Below the pieces are notes generated by a model that ran no database searches, was not told where the DNA came from, and saw only the letters and a program-made list of their open reading frames with translations. Below, one piece after another: positions 30,118-38,082 of a DNA stretch of 64,000 nt. Source of the DNA: a virus; the IMG/VR virus record IMGVR_UViG_3300017960_000001, positions 30,120 to 94,119 of that record. One strand, 5' to 3'. Each line of letters starts with the position of its first letter. Position 1 is the stretch's first letter. The translations under genes and the position numbers were made by a program.

Positions 30118-30190
30118 AAAAACGACAGGCACCTGCTTATTTTTGTTGACACGGCCGGCGGACCGCGTTACATTCCTACACATGATGACG
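30118..30190 (+). promoter_or_regulatory. Early promoter P1 (family member)
   Basis: TTGACA 30146-51, 17 bp, TACATT 30169-74, ATGATGACG at 30182. Confidence 0.85.
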
Positions 30191-30415
30191 CACACACAAA
30201 CCCCGGAGGATGCCATGGCCGACGACATCAATCACGTTGAGCTGGAAATGAAAGCCCGCAACTGCACCGACGCCGAACTGATATTCATGCGGGACGACGC
30301 CGGCGCCGCGTGGCGCGCGATGCCGGACAATCCCAAGGCCAAATTCTACCGGTGGGAAATGTGCTACGCCTGCAACGAAATCGCCCGCCGCGGGTTGTCC
30401 GCGGACGGTTGCTAG
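30182..30415 (+). CDS. Small hypothetical protein (starts at 30182 and/or 30215)
   Basis: Leaderless ATG 30182 in frame with GGAGG-led ATG 30215. Confidence 0.7.
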   Translation: MMTHTQTPEDAMADDINHVELEMKARNCTDAELIFMRDDAGAAWRAMPDNPKAKFYRWEMCYACNEIARRGLSADGC

Positions 30416-30427
30416 AAAGGGGGCGCC

Positions 30428-30733
30428 ATGCGCGCACCGATCGATTCCGTCGCCCGTTTCTGTAACGCCCTGCTGGACCGCGTCGTTTCCGCGGTCCTAA
30501 TCGCCGGGCCCGACACCCGGATCGGCCGGGCGCGCGTCGCGCTCGGCAACGACCAGCTGGCAGCGATCACGTCGGACGTGATGCGCCCGCTGCTCAAGGA
30601 CGCGCTCCACGGCGACCGCTACGCCGAGGACCGGGCCGCCGTGGTCGACGGGATCTACGGGGCCGAGGCTGCGTTCGCCGCGGCGATCATCGCCGACGCG
30701 GTCAAGGGGATCGGCGACCGCTGCCCCGCGTAG
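30428..30733 (+). CDS. Hypothetical protein
   Basis: AAGGGGG SD. Confidence 0.65.
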   Translation: MRAPIDSVARFCNALLDRVVSAVLIAGPDTRIGRARVALGNDQLAAITSDVMRPLLKDALHGDRYAEDRAAVVDGIYGAEAAFAAAIIADAVKGIGDRCPA

Positions 30734-30747
30734 AGCCTACCCTTCAG

Positions 30748-30820
30748 AAAAAACGACAGGCACCGTATTCTTTTTGTTGACACGGCGGGCGGGGCGTGCA
30801 ATGATGTTCTCATGATGACG
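30748..30820 (+). promoter_or_regulatory. Early promoter P2
   Basis: TTGACA 30777-82, 17 bp, TGc-AATGAT 30800-05, ATGATGACG at 30812. Confidence 0.85.
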
Positions 30821-31369
30821 GACACACAAACCAACGCAACGGAGGAAAAAATGCCGACCCTGACCAACGACGAAGCCGCCCTGGCAATCACCGCGATCGA
30901 GCACTACATCAACACGCTTCACCACATGGCGGGGGACACCAACCCCGACCACGCCAAGGCGTTGCACGCCCGCGCCGACGAGTTGCGGGGGGTCCACCGC
31001 TCGCTGCTGAAGTCCGACGAGCCGGGGACCGACGCGGACACCGACGCCGACACGAACACCGCCCCCGACGAGGACGCGATGAAGGACGCCGCCGCGGCCG
31101 AGTTCGGGATCACCCGGACCAGCCTCGATGTGCTGCTCGACTACGCCGGCGACGCCGGAAATTGGAGCGGGTCGCCGTTGGTCGGTGGCAACGTCGGCGG
31201 GACGAAAGAAGAACGGGGCAACCTGACCCAACTGAAAAAGGCCGGGCTGATTTCGACGTGGGTGGAGGAGGGGAATTCGTGGGTGGACTTCACCCCGAAG
31301 GCCGCCGACGCGATCCGCGCCGCCGGCGACACCAAGCTGGCCGACTACATCGCCACCGTTGCCCGCTAG
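30812..31369 (+). CDS. Hypothetical protein with C-terminal winged-helix-like region (starts 30812/30851)
   Basis: RGNLTQLKKAGLI...WVDFTPKA; dual in-frame starts. Confidence 0.7.
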   Translation: MMTDTQTNATEEKMPTLTNDEAALAITAIEHYINTLHHMAGDTNPDHAKALHARADELRGVHRSLLKSDEPGTDADTDADTNTAPDEDAMKDAAAAEFGITRTSLDVLLDYAGDAGNWSGSPLVGGNVGGTKEERGNLTQLKKAGLISTWVEEGNSWVDFTPKAADAIRAAGDTKLADYIATVAR

Positions 31370-31378
31370 GAGGACACG

Positions 31379-32032
31379 ATGCGAAACGCAATAGGGAACA
31401 AGTACGAAGCGACCAAGGACGAACCCGCCACGGCGATCGCCAAGCGGATCCGCACGGACATCCGAGCCGCGGTCCGCGCCGGCGATCTCCCGGCCGAGCT
31501 TCGCGTGTCGGTCCGCACCGACCGGAGCACCTACCACGAATCGATCAGGATGGAGGTCACCGCCTACGACGGGCCGATCTGCAACCGGGTGTGGTTCGCC
31601 CGCAAGATGACCGGCGAGCACTTGCTGCTCAACGATTGCAACCGGCACGGGGTCGAGGCCGACGCGCTCCTCGCCAAGCTCACCGCGATCGGCGACGCCT
31701 ACAACTACGACAAGTCCGAGCCGGAAACGGACTACTGGAACACGCGCTTTTTCCAGACGGTGGATTACGCCCTCGCGCTCACCGAGGACGACTACATCGC
31801 CGCCGCTCACGACGTCGCCGGGTGGACGTTGGGGGTGGAGAAAACGGCGCCCCGTTACGACGACGACGACCTGCTCTGGACGGTGTTCGCCGAGCTACCC
31901 GGGGAGGTGATCCCGGGCAAGCCGGCGCCGGTCAAGCTGGCACTGGCGACGACCCCCGAGGCGGCCGACGAAACCGCCGACTCGCTGGCCCGTCTGCCCC
32001 AGCTTGCGCTCGAGGGGGACCTGCCATGGTAA
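31379..32032 (+). CDS. LPD29-like (polyvalent-protein-associated) domain protein
   Basis: IAKRIR..I...VSVRT...AYNYDKSEPETDYW.TRF. Confidence 0.6.
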   Translation: MRNAIGNKYEATKDEPATAIAKRIRTDIRAAVRAGDLPAELRVSVRTDRSTYHESIRMEVTAYDGPICNRVWFARKMTGEHLLLNDCNRHGVEADALLAKLTAIGDAYNYDKSEPETDYWNTRFFQTVDYALALTEDDYIAAAHDVAGWTLGVEKTAPRYDDDDLLWTVFAELPGEVIPGKPAPVKLALATTPEAADETADSLARLPQLALEGDLPW

Positions 32033-32244
32033 CCGGTGATTGGATCGTCGAACGGGTCGATCGGACGGACGACATTCGCTACCCGTTCAGGGTGATCGGC
32101 AGGTTGCGCGAAACCGGCGAGCTGTTCCGGTGGTGCGTCCCGTCGGTCGCCTCGAAACGCTACGACCTAAGGCTCGCTGAGATGGACCAGAAAACGAGGG
32201 CGGCGGTGGACGTCGCCCGCTATCAACCGGAGGCTCAACAATGA
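32026..32244 (+). CDS. Hypothetical protein
   Basis: GAGGGGG SD; overlaps both neighbours. Confidence 0.6.
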   Translation: MVTGDWIVERVDRTDDIRYPFRVIGRLRETGELFRWCVPSVASKRYDLRLAEMDQKTRAAVDVARYQPEAQQ

Positions 32245-32612
32245 AGCGGATTCTCTTGGTGGACGACAACGACCTCGTCCGGCGGTCCCTAGCCCGGGTG
32301 CTGTCCAGCACCGGCGTCGAGGTCGACACGGCGGACGACCTCACGAAAGCGGTGCTGCTCATGTGCGTCGCCGCCGACCTCTCTCCCTACGACGCAGTGA
32401 TCTCCGACATGGACCTCGGCAACGGCCACGACGCCGGCGGGCTCGCCGTGCTCGAGGTGGCGCGTCGGATCCTGCCCGGCGCCCGCCGGGTGCTGGTTTC
32501 CGGGTCGACCTTCGAGGAGGGGCCGGTGCGGGAGGCGATCGACACCGGCGCCTGTGATCGGTTCCTCCCCAAACCATGCCGGGCGGACGACTTGCTGAAG
32601 GCCCTACTCTAA
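32241..32612 (+). CDS. Single-domain response regulator receiver (CheY-like)
   Basis: ILLVDD, VISDMDL (phospho-Asp), LVSG and FLPKP all intact. Confidence 0.9.
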   Translation: MKRILLVDDNDLVRRSLARVLSSTGVEVDTADDLTKAVLLMCVAADLSPYDAVISDMDLGNGHDAGGLAVLEVARRILPGARRVLVSGSTFEEGPVREAIDTGACDRFLPKPCRADDLLKALL

Positions 32613-32630
32613 GCGGCCCACCGACCTCGC

Positions 32631-32695
32631 AAAATTTATTGCTTATTTTTGTTGACACGGCCGGTGCTGCGTGCCAAGATTTACTCATGATGACG
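32631..32695 (+). promoter_or_regulatory. Early promoter P3
   Basis: TTGACA 32652-57, 17 bp, TGc-CAAGAT 32675-80, ATGATGACG at 32687. Confidence 0.85.
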
Positions 32696-32724
32696 GACAC
32701 ACACACAACGGAGGGCAACTAACC

Positions 32725-32823
32725 ATGGCGCTGAAAAAGAACGACCGCTCCCGCAAGACCCGCAAGTCTCACCACAAGAAGCTGCGCCGCCGCGCCGACC
32801 GCGCCGCGTGCGCCGGCCGCTAG
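32725..32823 (+). CDS. 32-aa highly basic peptide
   Basis: GGAGGG SD; MALKKNDRSRKTRKSHHKKLRRRADRAACAGR*; too short for the ORF track. Confidence 0.55.
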   Translation: MALKKNDRSRKTRKSHHKKLRRRADRAACAGR

Positions 32824-32833
32824 GGAGGGCACC

Positions 32834-34144
32834 ATGTACGCCGACACCAACGACACCAACACCGACCCCGCCGCCGACGCCGCGGCGGTGGTCGCCACCC
32901 CGGAAGCTCCCCCGACGTTTTGGTTCACCGCGGGCGAGCTAGATCACATCGACGACCTGCTGAAGCTGACCACGACGGGCACCCCGTTCGCCGGGGCCAG
33001 CTGGCGCCGCACCGGGGAAAAGACCCACGTCGACCGGTACGGATACGAGGTCACGGTGTACGCGGTCGAGCTAATCGCCGACGTGACCAGCTACCTTGAG
33101 ATTCCAGACCACACGTTGATCGCCACCGCCAAGGCCGCGGCCGAGGGGGAATGGTTTGTGAACCTGCTCGGCGAGACGACCTACGCCGACATCGCCGAGG
33201 ATTTGGACCCGCGGCGGTGCGATGTGTGCGGCATCCGGCACAACCGGACCAAGCTCTACATCATGGTCGAGGACGCCACCGGGGATCACGTTGTCACCGG
33301 CGGAACGTGCGCGCGGAAGTTCCGCAACGTCGACCTGCTCTCCGCGGTCGATGCGTGGTTCCGGCTCCGGTCCGAGGTCGCCGGCGACATCGACGAGAAA
33401 ATGGACAAGCTCCGCGGGGCCCGCGACTTCTGGATCGAGCTTGCTGCGGCGGAACACATCGTCACCGAGCGCGGCTACGTTTCGGCCGCCGACGCCGAGG
33501 AAAAACGGACCACGTCGACCACCTCTGAATTGGTCTACTGGTGTGACCGCGGGTGGAAAGAAATGGACGCGAAAACCGCCCGCGGGATCTACACCCGGGC
33601 GACCGAGCTTATGGACGGCGGCGCCGCTGAACTGCTCGCTTGGATCGACGCCCGGAACGCCGATCGCCCGTCGTCGTTCTGGCACAATTGCGGGGTGGCA
33701 CTCCGCACCGGCGACCCCGGCCGCGGCCGCGGGTTGGTAGCGTTCCTCGGTAGCGTCAAAATGAGGATCGCCGAGGACGCGATCCGGGCCGCCCGCCCGC
33801 CGGCGAAAAACTACGCCGACGCCCCGCTCAAAAAGATGATCGACCTCGACGGGTGGTGGACGGTGCTCCGCTCCAAATGGTTCGACGGCTACGGGTACAC
33901 CGATTCGATCGGGTACACCATGACGAACGAGGACGGGGTCAAAATCTGGTGGAAAAGCTCGGTCGAGGGGAACGCCGCCAACGCGATCTTCTCTGCCGAA
34001 AACGACGCGAACCTCAACGGCGTCGACCACGACCGGATCCAATACCGGCTCCGGGGGAAGGCCAAAGAACACAAGGACGGGATTTCGTTTTTCACTCACA
34101 TCAAGGTACTGGACACTCGCGTCGTCGACGGCGCGGACAACTAG
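32834..34144 (+). CDS. Phage protein with Zn-binding motif and possible C-terminal OB fold
   Basis: CDVCGIRHNR...GGTCARKF; GGGAGG SD. Confidence 0.7.
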   Translation: MYADTNDTNTDPAADAAAVVATPEAPPTFWFTAGELDHIDDLLKLTTTGTPFAGASWRRTGEKTHVDRYGYEVTVYAVELIADVTSYLEIPDHTLIATAKAAAEGEWFVNLLGETTYADIAEDLDPRRCDVCGIRHNRTKLYIMVEDATGDHVVTGGTCARKFRNVDLLSAVDAWFRLRSEVAGDIDEKMDKLRGARDFWIELAAAEHIVTERGYVSAADAEEKRTTSTTSELVYWCDRGWKEMDAKTARGIYTRATELMDGGAAELLAWIDARNADRPSSFWHNCGVALRTGDPGRGRGLVAFLGSVKMRIAEDAIRAARPPAKNYADAPLKKMIDLDGWWTVLRSKWFDGYGYTDSIGYTMTNEDGVKIWWKSSVEGNAANAIFSAENDANLNGVDHDRIQYRLRGKAKEHKDGISFFTHIKVLDTRVVDGADN

Positions 34145-34195
34145 ACGAACCGGACGGGGTCCTCTGGCTCCGTCCACTAACCGAAGGGGGTTAGG

Positions 34196-34423
34196 ATGCC
34201 GATAACCTGCGACGACGGAAGGACGACCCTCCACGCGCCCGACAAGCTGGCTGCGAGGACGGCCGCGATCCCGGGGTGGGTCTACGACTACGAGGACCAG
34301 CTGGCCGCCGAGGTCGGCGACGTGACCTGCCCGGAGTGCGGCGAGCTTGTCCCCGAGGAGGACGCCGGCGAGCGGTGCCCCGGCTGCGGCTGCGATGTCG
34401 ACGCGGCGGGGGGGGGGGCGTAG
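34196..34423 (+). CDS. Small Zn-ribbon protein
   Basis: CPECG...CPGCG. Confidence 0.6.
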   Translation: MPITCDDGRTTLHAPDKLAARTAAIPGWVYDYEDQLAAEVGDVTCPECGELVPEEDAGERCPGCGCDVDAAGGGA

Positions 34424-34425
34424 AC

Positions 34426-35175
34426 ATGGCAACGATCAGAACAAGCTACGAGGCGGCCCGCGGCTGCGGCTTTCGGAAGGCCGGCGGGCTCTACTTGGTC
34501 GCCGGTTCGGAGGGCGAGCCGTGCGGCCGATTGCCGATCGACCTGCGGGTGTGCCCGTGCTGCGGCCAGGGGATCAAGCCCGCCCGATCGTGGACGTGGA
34601 TCGAACCCCGGCAGCTGATCACCGGGACCCTGTGCCGGACGATGCAAGCCGACCCGCAGTCCTGCGCCGGGCGGTGCATCCTCTCTGATCTGAGGTGCCC
34701 GGAACGCGCCGGGCTCTTGTGGATCGGCGGCAAGTTCTACCCGACCCCGGCGGCCTTCTCTGGCGAGGCGGCGAGGATGGGAGTGTCCCGCCGGATCACC
34801 GCGGTTCCGCGAGGGTTCGTCGTCGGCGAGACGTGGGTTCTGCTCGCTCACCGCGAGGTGCTGAACCGGAACGGCGACCGCGTCCCGGCGATCTTCTCCG
34901 CGTTCCTACCGACGGCGATCGAGTACATCGTCAAAGGCACTGAGACGGACGAGGAACTCGACAAGCTCGAAGCGCGGGGGCTGACATTGGTCGACGTCAA
35001 ACCGTTGCAGGCTCCCCTCGAGGCGGTCCCTGACGAACCCGACGACGGCGACCCGTGGACGTGTCCGCGGTGCGGCGCCGAGGTCGAGCCCGGCGCGCCC
35101 CGGTGCGGCGACTGCGGATCCGATCCCGACGGCGCGCCGCCGGACCAGCTGGACCGGGATCCGCTGCCCAACTAG
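34426..35175 (+). CDS. Cys-rich phage protein with C-terminal Zn ribbon
   Basis: RGCGFRKAGGLYLV, CPCC, CPRCG..CGDCG; start reassigned to ATG 34426. Confidence 0.7.
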   Translation: MATIRTSYEAARGCGFRKAGGLYLVAGSEGEPCGRLPIDLRVCPCCGQGIKPARSWTWIEPRQLITGTLCRTMQADPQSCAGRCILSDLRCPERAGLLWIGGKFYPTPAAFSGEAARMGVSRRITAVPRGFVVGETWVLLAHREVLNRNGDRVPAIFSAFLPTAIEYIVKGTETDEELDKLEARGLTLVDVKPLQAPLEAVPDEPDDGDPWTCPRCGAEVEPGAPRCGDCGSDPDGAPPDQLDRDPLPN

Positions 35176-35207
35176 CCGGCCGCCCGCCCGCTCTCCAAGC
35201 GGCCCCC

Positions 35208-35282
35208 AGAAAAATCAGCACCGCCATGCTTATTTTTGTTGACACGGCCGAGCCTGCGTGTAACGATAGCTTCATGATGACG
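35208..35282 (+). promoter_or_regulatory. Early promoter P4
   Basis: TTGACA 35239-44, 17 bp, TGt-AACGAT 35262-67, ATGATGACG at 35274. Confidence 0.85.
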
Positions 35283-35498
35283 GGGCAACACAACGGACCG
35301 GAGGGCAAAATGAATAGGCTCGGAATCGTAGAATATACCCATTACCACCACGCGATCTACGTCGACGGCTACCGCCTCGGCGACCTCCACAAAGACCACG
35401 ACGGAACGTGGTCGGTCCACCACCGCGAGGCTGTCGTTGGCTCCTCGCTCGGCTACGTCCGGGCGATCGCCGCACTGCGCCGCGCGGCGGGGATCTAG
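35274..35498 (+). CDS. Small hypothetical protein (starts 35274/35310)
   Basis: Dual in-frame starts; GGAGGG before ATG 35310. Confidence 0.65.
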   Translation: MMTGQHNGPEGKMNRLGIVEYTHYHHAIYVDGYRLGDLHKDHDGTWSVHHREAVVGSSLGYVRAIAALRRAAGI

Positions 35499-35511
35499 GG
35501 GGGGGGGCGGC

Positions 35512-35697
35512 ATGGGACGCCGGATCAAACCGAAACCGACCTGCGCCGGCTGCGGCAAGCCGCTGGTGAAGTTCCACGACTACCCGGTCGAGGGTATCAA
35601 GTACAAACGCCGCCGCAAGGGCAAGGACGTGTGGGTCACGCCCCGGGTGTGCGAAACCTGCAACGAGATGGACAACAGAATGGAGGGCACCGAATGA
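35512..35697 (+). CDS. Small basic Zn-finger protein
   Basis: CAGC...CETC. Confidence 0.6.
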   Translation: MGRRIKPKPTCAGCGKPLVKFHDYPVEGIKYKRRRKGKDVWVTPRVCETCNEMDNRMEGTE

Positions 35698-37118
35698 AAA
35701 AACAAGGATGGTTCGACGTGGATCGCGGTGGTCTACGTCAGCTGGTCGCCGACCGCAACCCCGGCTTCATCCTCGCCGAGCTGATTCAGAATGCGTGGGA
35801 TGAGCCGGGGGTGACCCGGGTCGACGTCAAGCTTGAGCCGGTGGCCGGAGCCCGGTCCGCGCTGCTCGTCGTGAAGGACGACGCGCCGGAGGGGTTCTAC
35901 GAACTGGCCCACGCTTGGACGTTGTTCTCGGACACGCGGAAGCGAACCGACCCCTACGCCCGGGGCCGGTTCTGCCTCGGTGACAAGCTGGTCCTCGCGC
36001 TCTGTCGCTGGGCTGAGATCACCACCACCACCGGGGCGGTCCGGTTCGAGTCCGACGGCACCCGCAAGCGGCGCCGGCGCAAGACCGAATCCGGCTCCGT
36101 GTTCGAGGCCGAGGTCCCGATCACCCGCCAGCAAATCGACGACGCTCTGAGCCTGGCTCGGACGTTCATTCCGCCGGACCTGATCGACACCACGATCAAC
36201 GGCGACAAGCTCCCGAGCCGGGAACCGCGGGCGAGCTTCACGTGCACGCTCCCGGTGCCGCTCGCCGACGCCGACGGGGTGATGAGGGAATCCCGGCGCA
36301 AGGTTGCGGTGCGGGTGTTCGACACGCTCCGCGGCGAGTCCCCGACGCTCTACGAGATGGGGCTGCCGGTTGTCGAAACCGGCGACCGCTGGCACGTGGA
36401 CATCGGCCAGAAAGTCCCGCTCAACGCCGACCGCGACAACGTCCGGCCGAGCTACTTGCGCCGGGTGCGTGCGTTCGTGGCTAACGAGTTGGTCGACGAC
36501 CTGAGCCCGGACGATGTGTCGGAGGCTTGGGTCCGCGACGCGACGACCTCTCCCGACATCGACGGCGACACCGTGCGCCGGGTCGCCGACCTGCGATGGG
36601 GCGAGAATCGGGTGGTGGTTTCGCCCGGTGATCGATGGGGCAAGGAACGGGCGATCGCCAACGGCTTCACGATCGTCGGATCGCGGGAGCTTTCCGCGGC
36701 CGAATGGGAGCAATTCCGATCGGCCGACGCGGTCCCGGCGACCACCGACAAATTCAAGCGGGGCACCGCCAACGCGAAGATCCTGAACCGCAACCAGCTG
36801 ACCCCGGGAATGCTCCGGGTCGAGCGCATGACCAAGGCCGTGGCCCGGATCGGGCTGAACATGGACGTCCGGGTCACGTTCCTGCACTCGCCGGAGGCCA
36901 CGGTGTCCGCCGACTACACACCCGGTCACGTCCGGTTCAACGTCGCGCTCCTCGGCAAGTCGTGGTTCGCCGGACCGGCCGTCCCGATCCTGCGATTGGT
37001 GATCCATGAGTTGGGACACGAAGGCGGGGGCCACCTCGAGGCTGGCTACTACGACACCCTGGCCCGGATCGGTGCACGGTTGGCCGTCGCATCCGACCGG
37101 CTGAACACGGAGGTCTGA
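35694..37118 (+). CDS. GHKL ATPase fused to a C-terminal HEXXH zincin-like domain
   Basis: ELIQNAWD (N box), KDDAPEGF (G1), GRFCLGDK (G2), IHELGHEGGGH. Confidence 0.8.
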   Translation: MKKQGWFDVDRGGLRQLVADRNPGFILAELIQNAWDEPGVTRVDVKLEPVAGARSALLVVKDDAPEGFYELAHAWTLFSDTRKRTDPYARGRFCLGDKLVLALCRWAEITTTTGAVRFESDGTRKRRRRKTESGSVFEAEVPITRQQIDDALSLARTFIPPDLIDTTINGDKLPSREPRASFTCTLPVPLADADGVMRESRRKVAVRVFDTLRGESPTLYEMGLPVVETGDRWHVDIGQKVPLNADRDNVRPSYLRRVRAFVANELVDDLSPDDVSEAWVRDATTSPDIDGDTVRRVADLRWGENRVVVSPGDRWGKERAIANGFTIVGSRELSAAEWEQFRSADAVPATTDKFKRGTANAKILNRNQLTPGMLRVERMTKAVARIGLNMDVRVTFLHSPEATVSADYTPGHVRFNVALLGKSWFAGPAVPILRLVIHELGHEGGGHLEAGYYDTLARIGARLAVASDRLNTEV

Positions 37119-37120
37119 AC

Positions 37121-37492
37121 ATGGGTCACGACAACGACAACGACATCACCGCGCGGATCGCCAAGCTCCCGCGGTGGGCCCGGCAACACATCGACAAGCT
37201 CACCGCCGATCTCGAATCCGCCAACCGCAAGCTGCGCGCCTCCACCGACCCGGGGTCCCGGGTCCGGTGGGGGCACCTCGGCATCGACAACGACCGCGGG
37301 ACCCCGATTCCCGAGGGCGAGCCGATCATCTTTTCCATGGTGCCGTTCTCCGAATGCAAGCACCGCGTTCGGATCAAGGCCGCCTACGACCCGGACACCG
37401 GGACGCTCGAAATCAGCGGTGGCGATGCGGTCGACGTGGAGCCGGTGGCGCGCAACGTGATCCGCGTCCGGTGCGGCAAGCTTTTCGACTAG
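37121..37492 (+). CDS. Hypothetical protein
   Basis: GGAGG SD; KLPRWARQHI N-terminus. Confidence 0.7.
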   Translation: MGHDNDNDITARIAKLPRWARQHIDKLTADLESANRKLRASTDPGSRVRWGHLGIDNDRGTPIPEGEPIIFSMVPFSECKHRVRIKAAYDPDTGTLEISGGDAVDVEPVARNVIRVRCGKLFD

Positions 37493-37498
37493 CAACGC

Positions 37499-37528
37499 TT
37501 GACGCGAACGGGCCCGCGGTGTATGCCT
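37499..37528 (+). promoter_or_regulatory. Possible promoter of the repressor gene
   Basis: TTGACG-17 bp-TATGCC. Confidence 0.35.
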
Positions 37529-37549
37529 ATCGGCGGGGAGGTTCATAGC

Positions 37550-38053
37550 ATGGACACTGACATCAGAATGCAAGTCAAAATCGCGGCGGCCGCGGCGGGG
37601 CTGAAGCTCGCCGACGTGGCGCGCTCTCTGAGCACCACGCCGCAACACCTCAACACGCTGCTCAGCCGGGAGAATCTGAGGCTACGGTGGGTCGAGCGGA
37701 TCGCCGGTGTGATCGGGGTCCGCCCGTCGTGGCTCTTGGTTCCGCCGGGCACGTCAATCGAACCGGCACCACCCCGGGCGAAACCCCCGACCGAAACGGT
37801 ACACGACAAGGTGCGAGTGCTATCGGCGCGGAGGGATCTCTCGGTGGCCGAGTTGGCGCGCCGGATCGGGATGTCGCGGCAAGCTCTCAACGAACTGCTC
37901 CGCACCGGCAACCCGAGCCTCGGACACGTCCGCCGGATCGCCGATGCGCTGGACGTCCCGCCGGCCGATCTGCTCCGCCCGGTTACCGAGGACGAGTGGG
38001 CGGACTTCGGGAGGTTCACCGCCGGGGCACCGTTGGCCCGGGCCGCGAGCTAG
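37550..38053 (+). CDS. Tandem XRE/Cro-CI helix-turn-helix regulator
   Basis: Two HTH units: LKLADVARSLSTTPQHLNTLL and LSVAELARRIGMSRQALNELL. Confidence 0.85.
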   Translation: MDTDIRMQVKIAAAAAGLKLADVARSLSTTPQHLNTLLSRENLRLRWVERIAGVIGVRPSWLLVPPGTSIEPAPPRAKPPTETVHDKVRVLSARRDLSVAELARRIGMSRQALNELLRTGNPSLGHVRRIADALDVPPADLLRPVTEDEWADFGRFTAGAPLARAAS

Positions 38054-38082
38054 CTAGACCGACTCGAACGGAAGGGGGTTCG

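Noticed and set aside
34150-34175. GGACGG...CCGTCC hairpin as an intrinsic terminator
   Set aside because: No U tract follows; it may be a pause or processing stem, but this is unsupported
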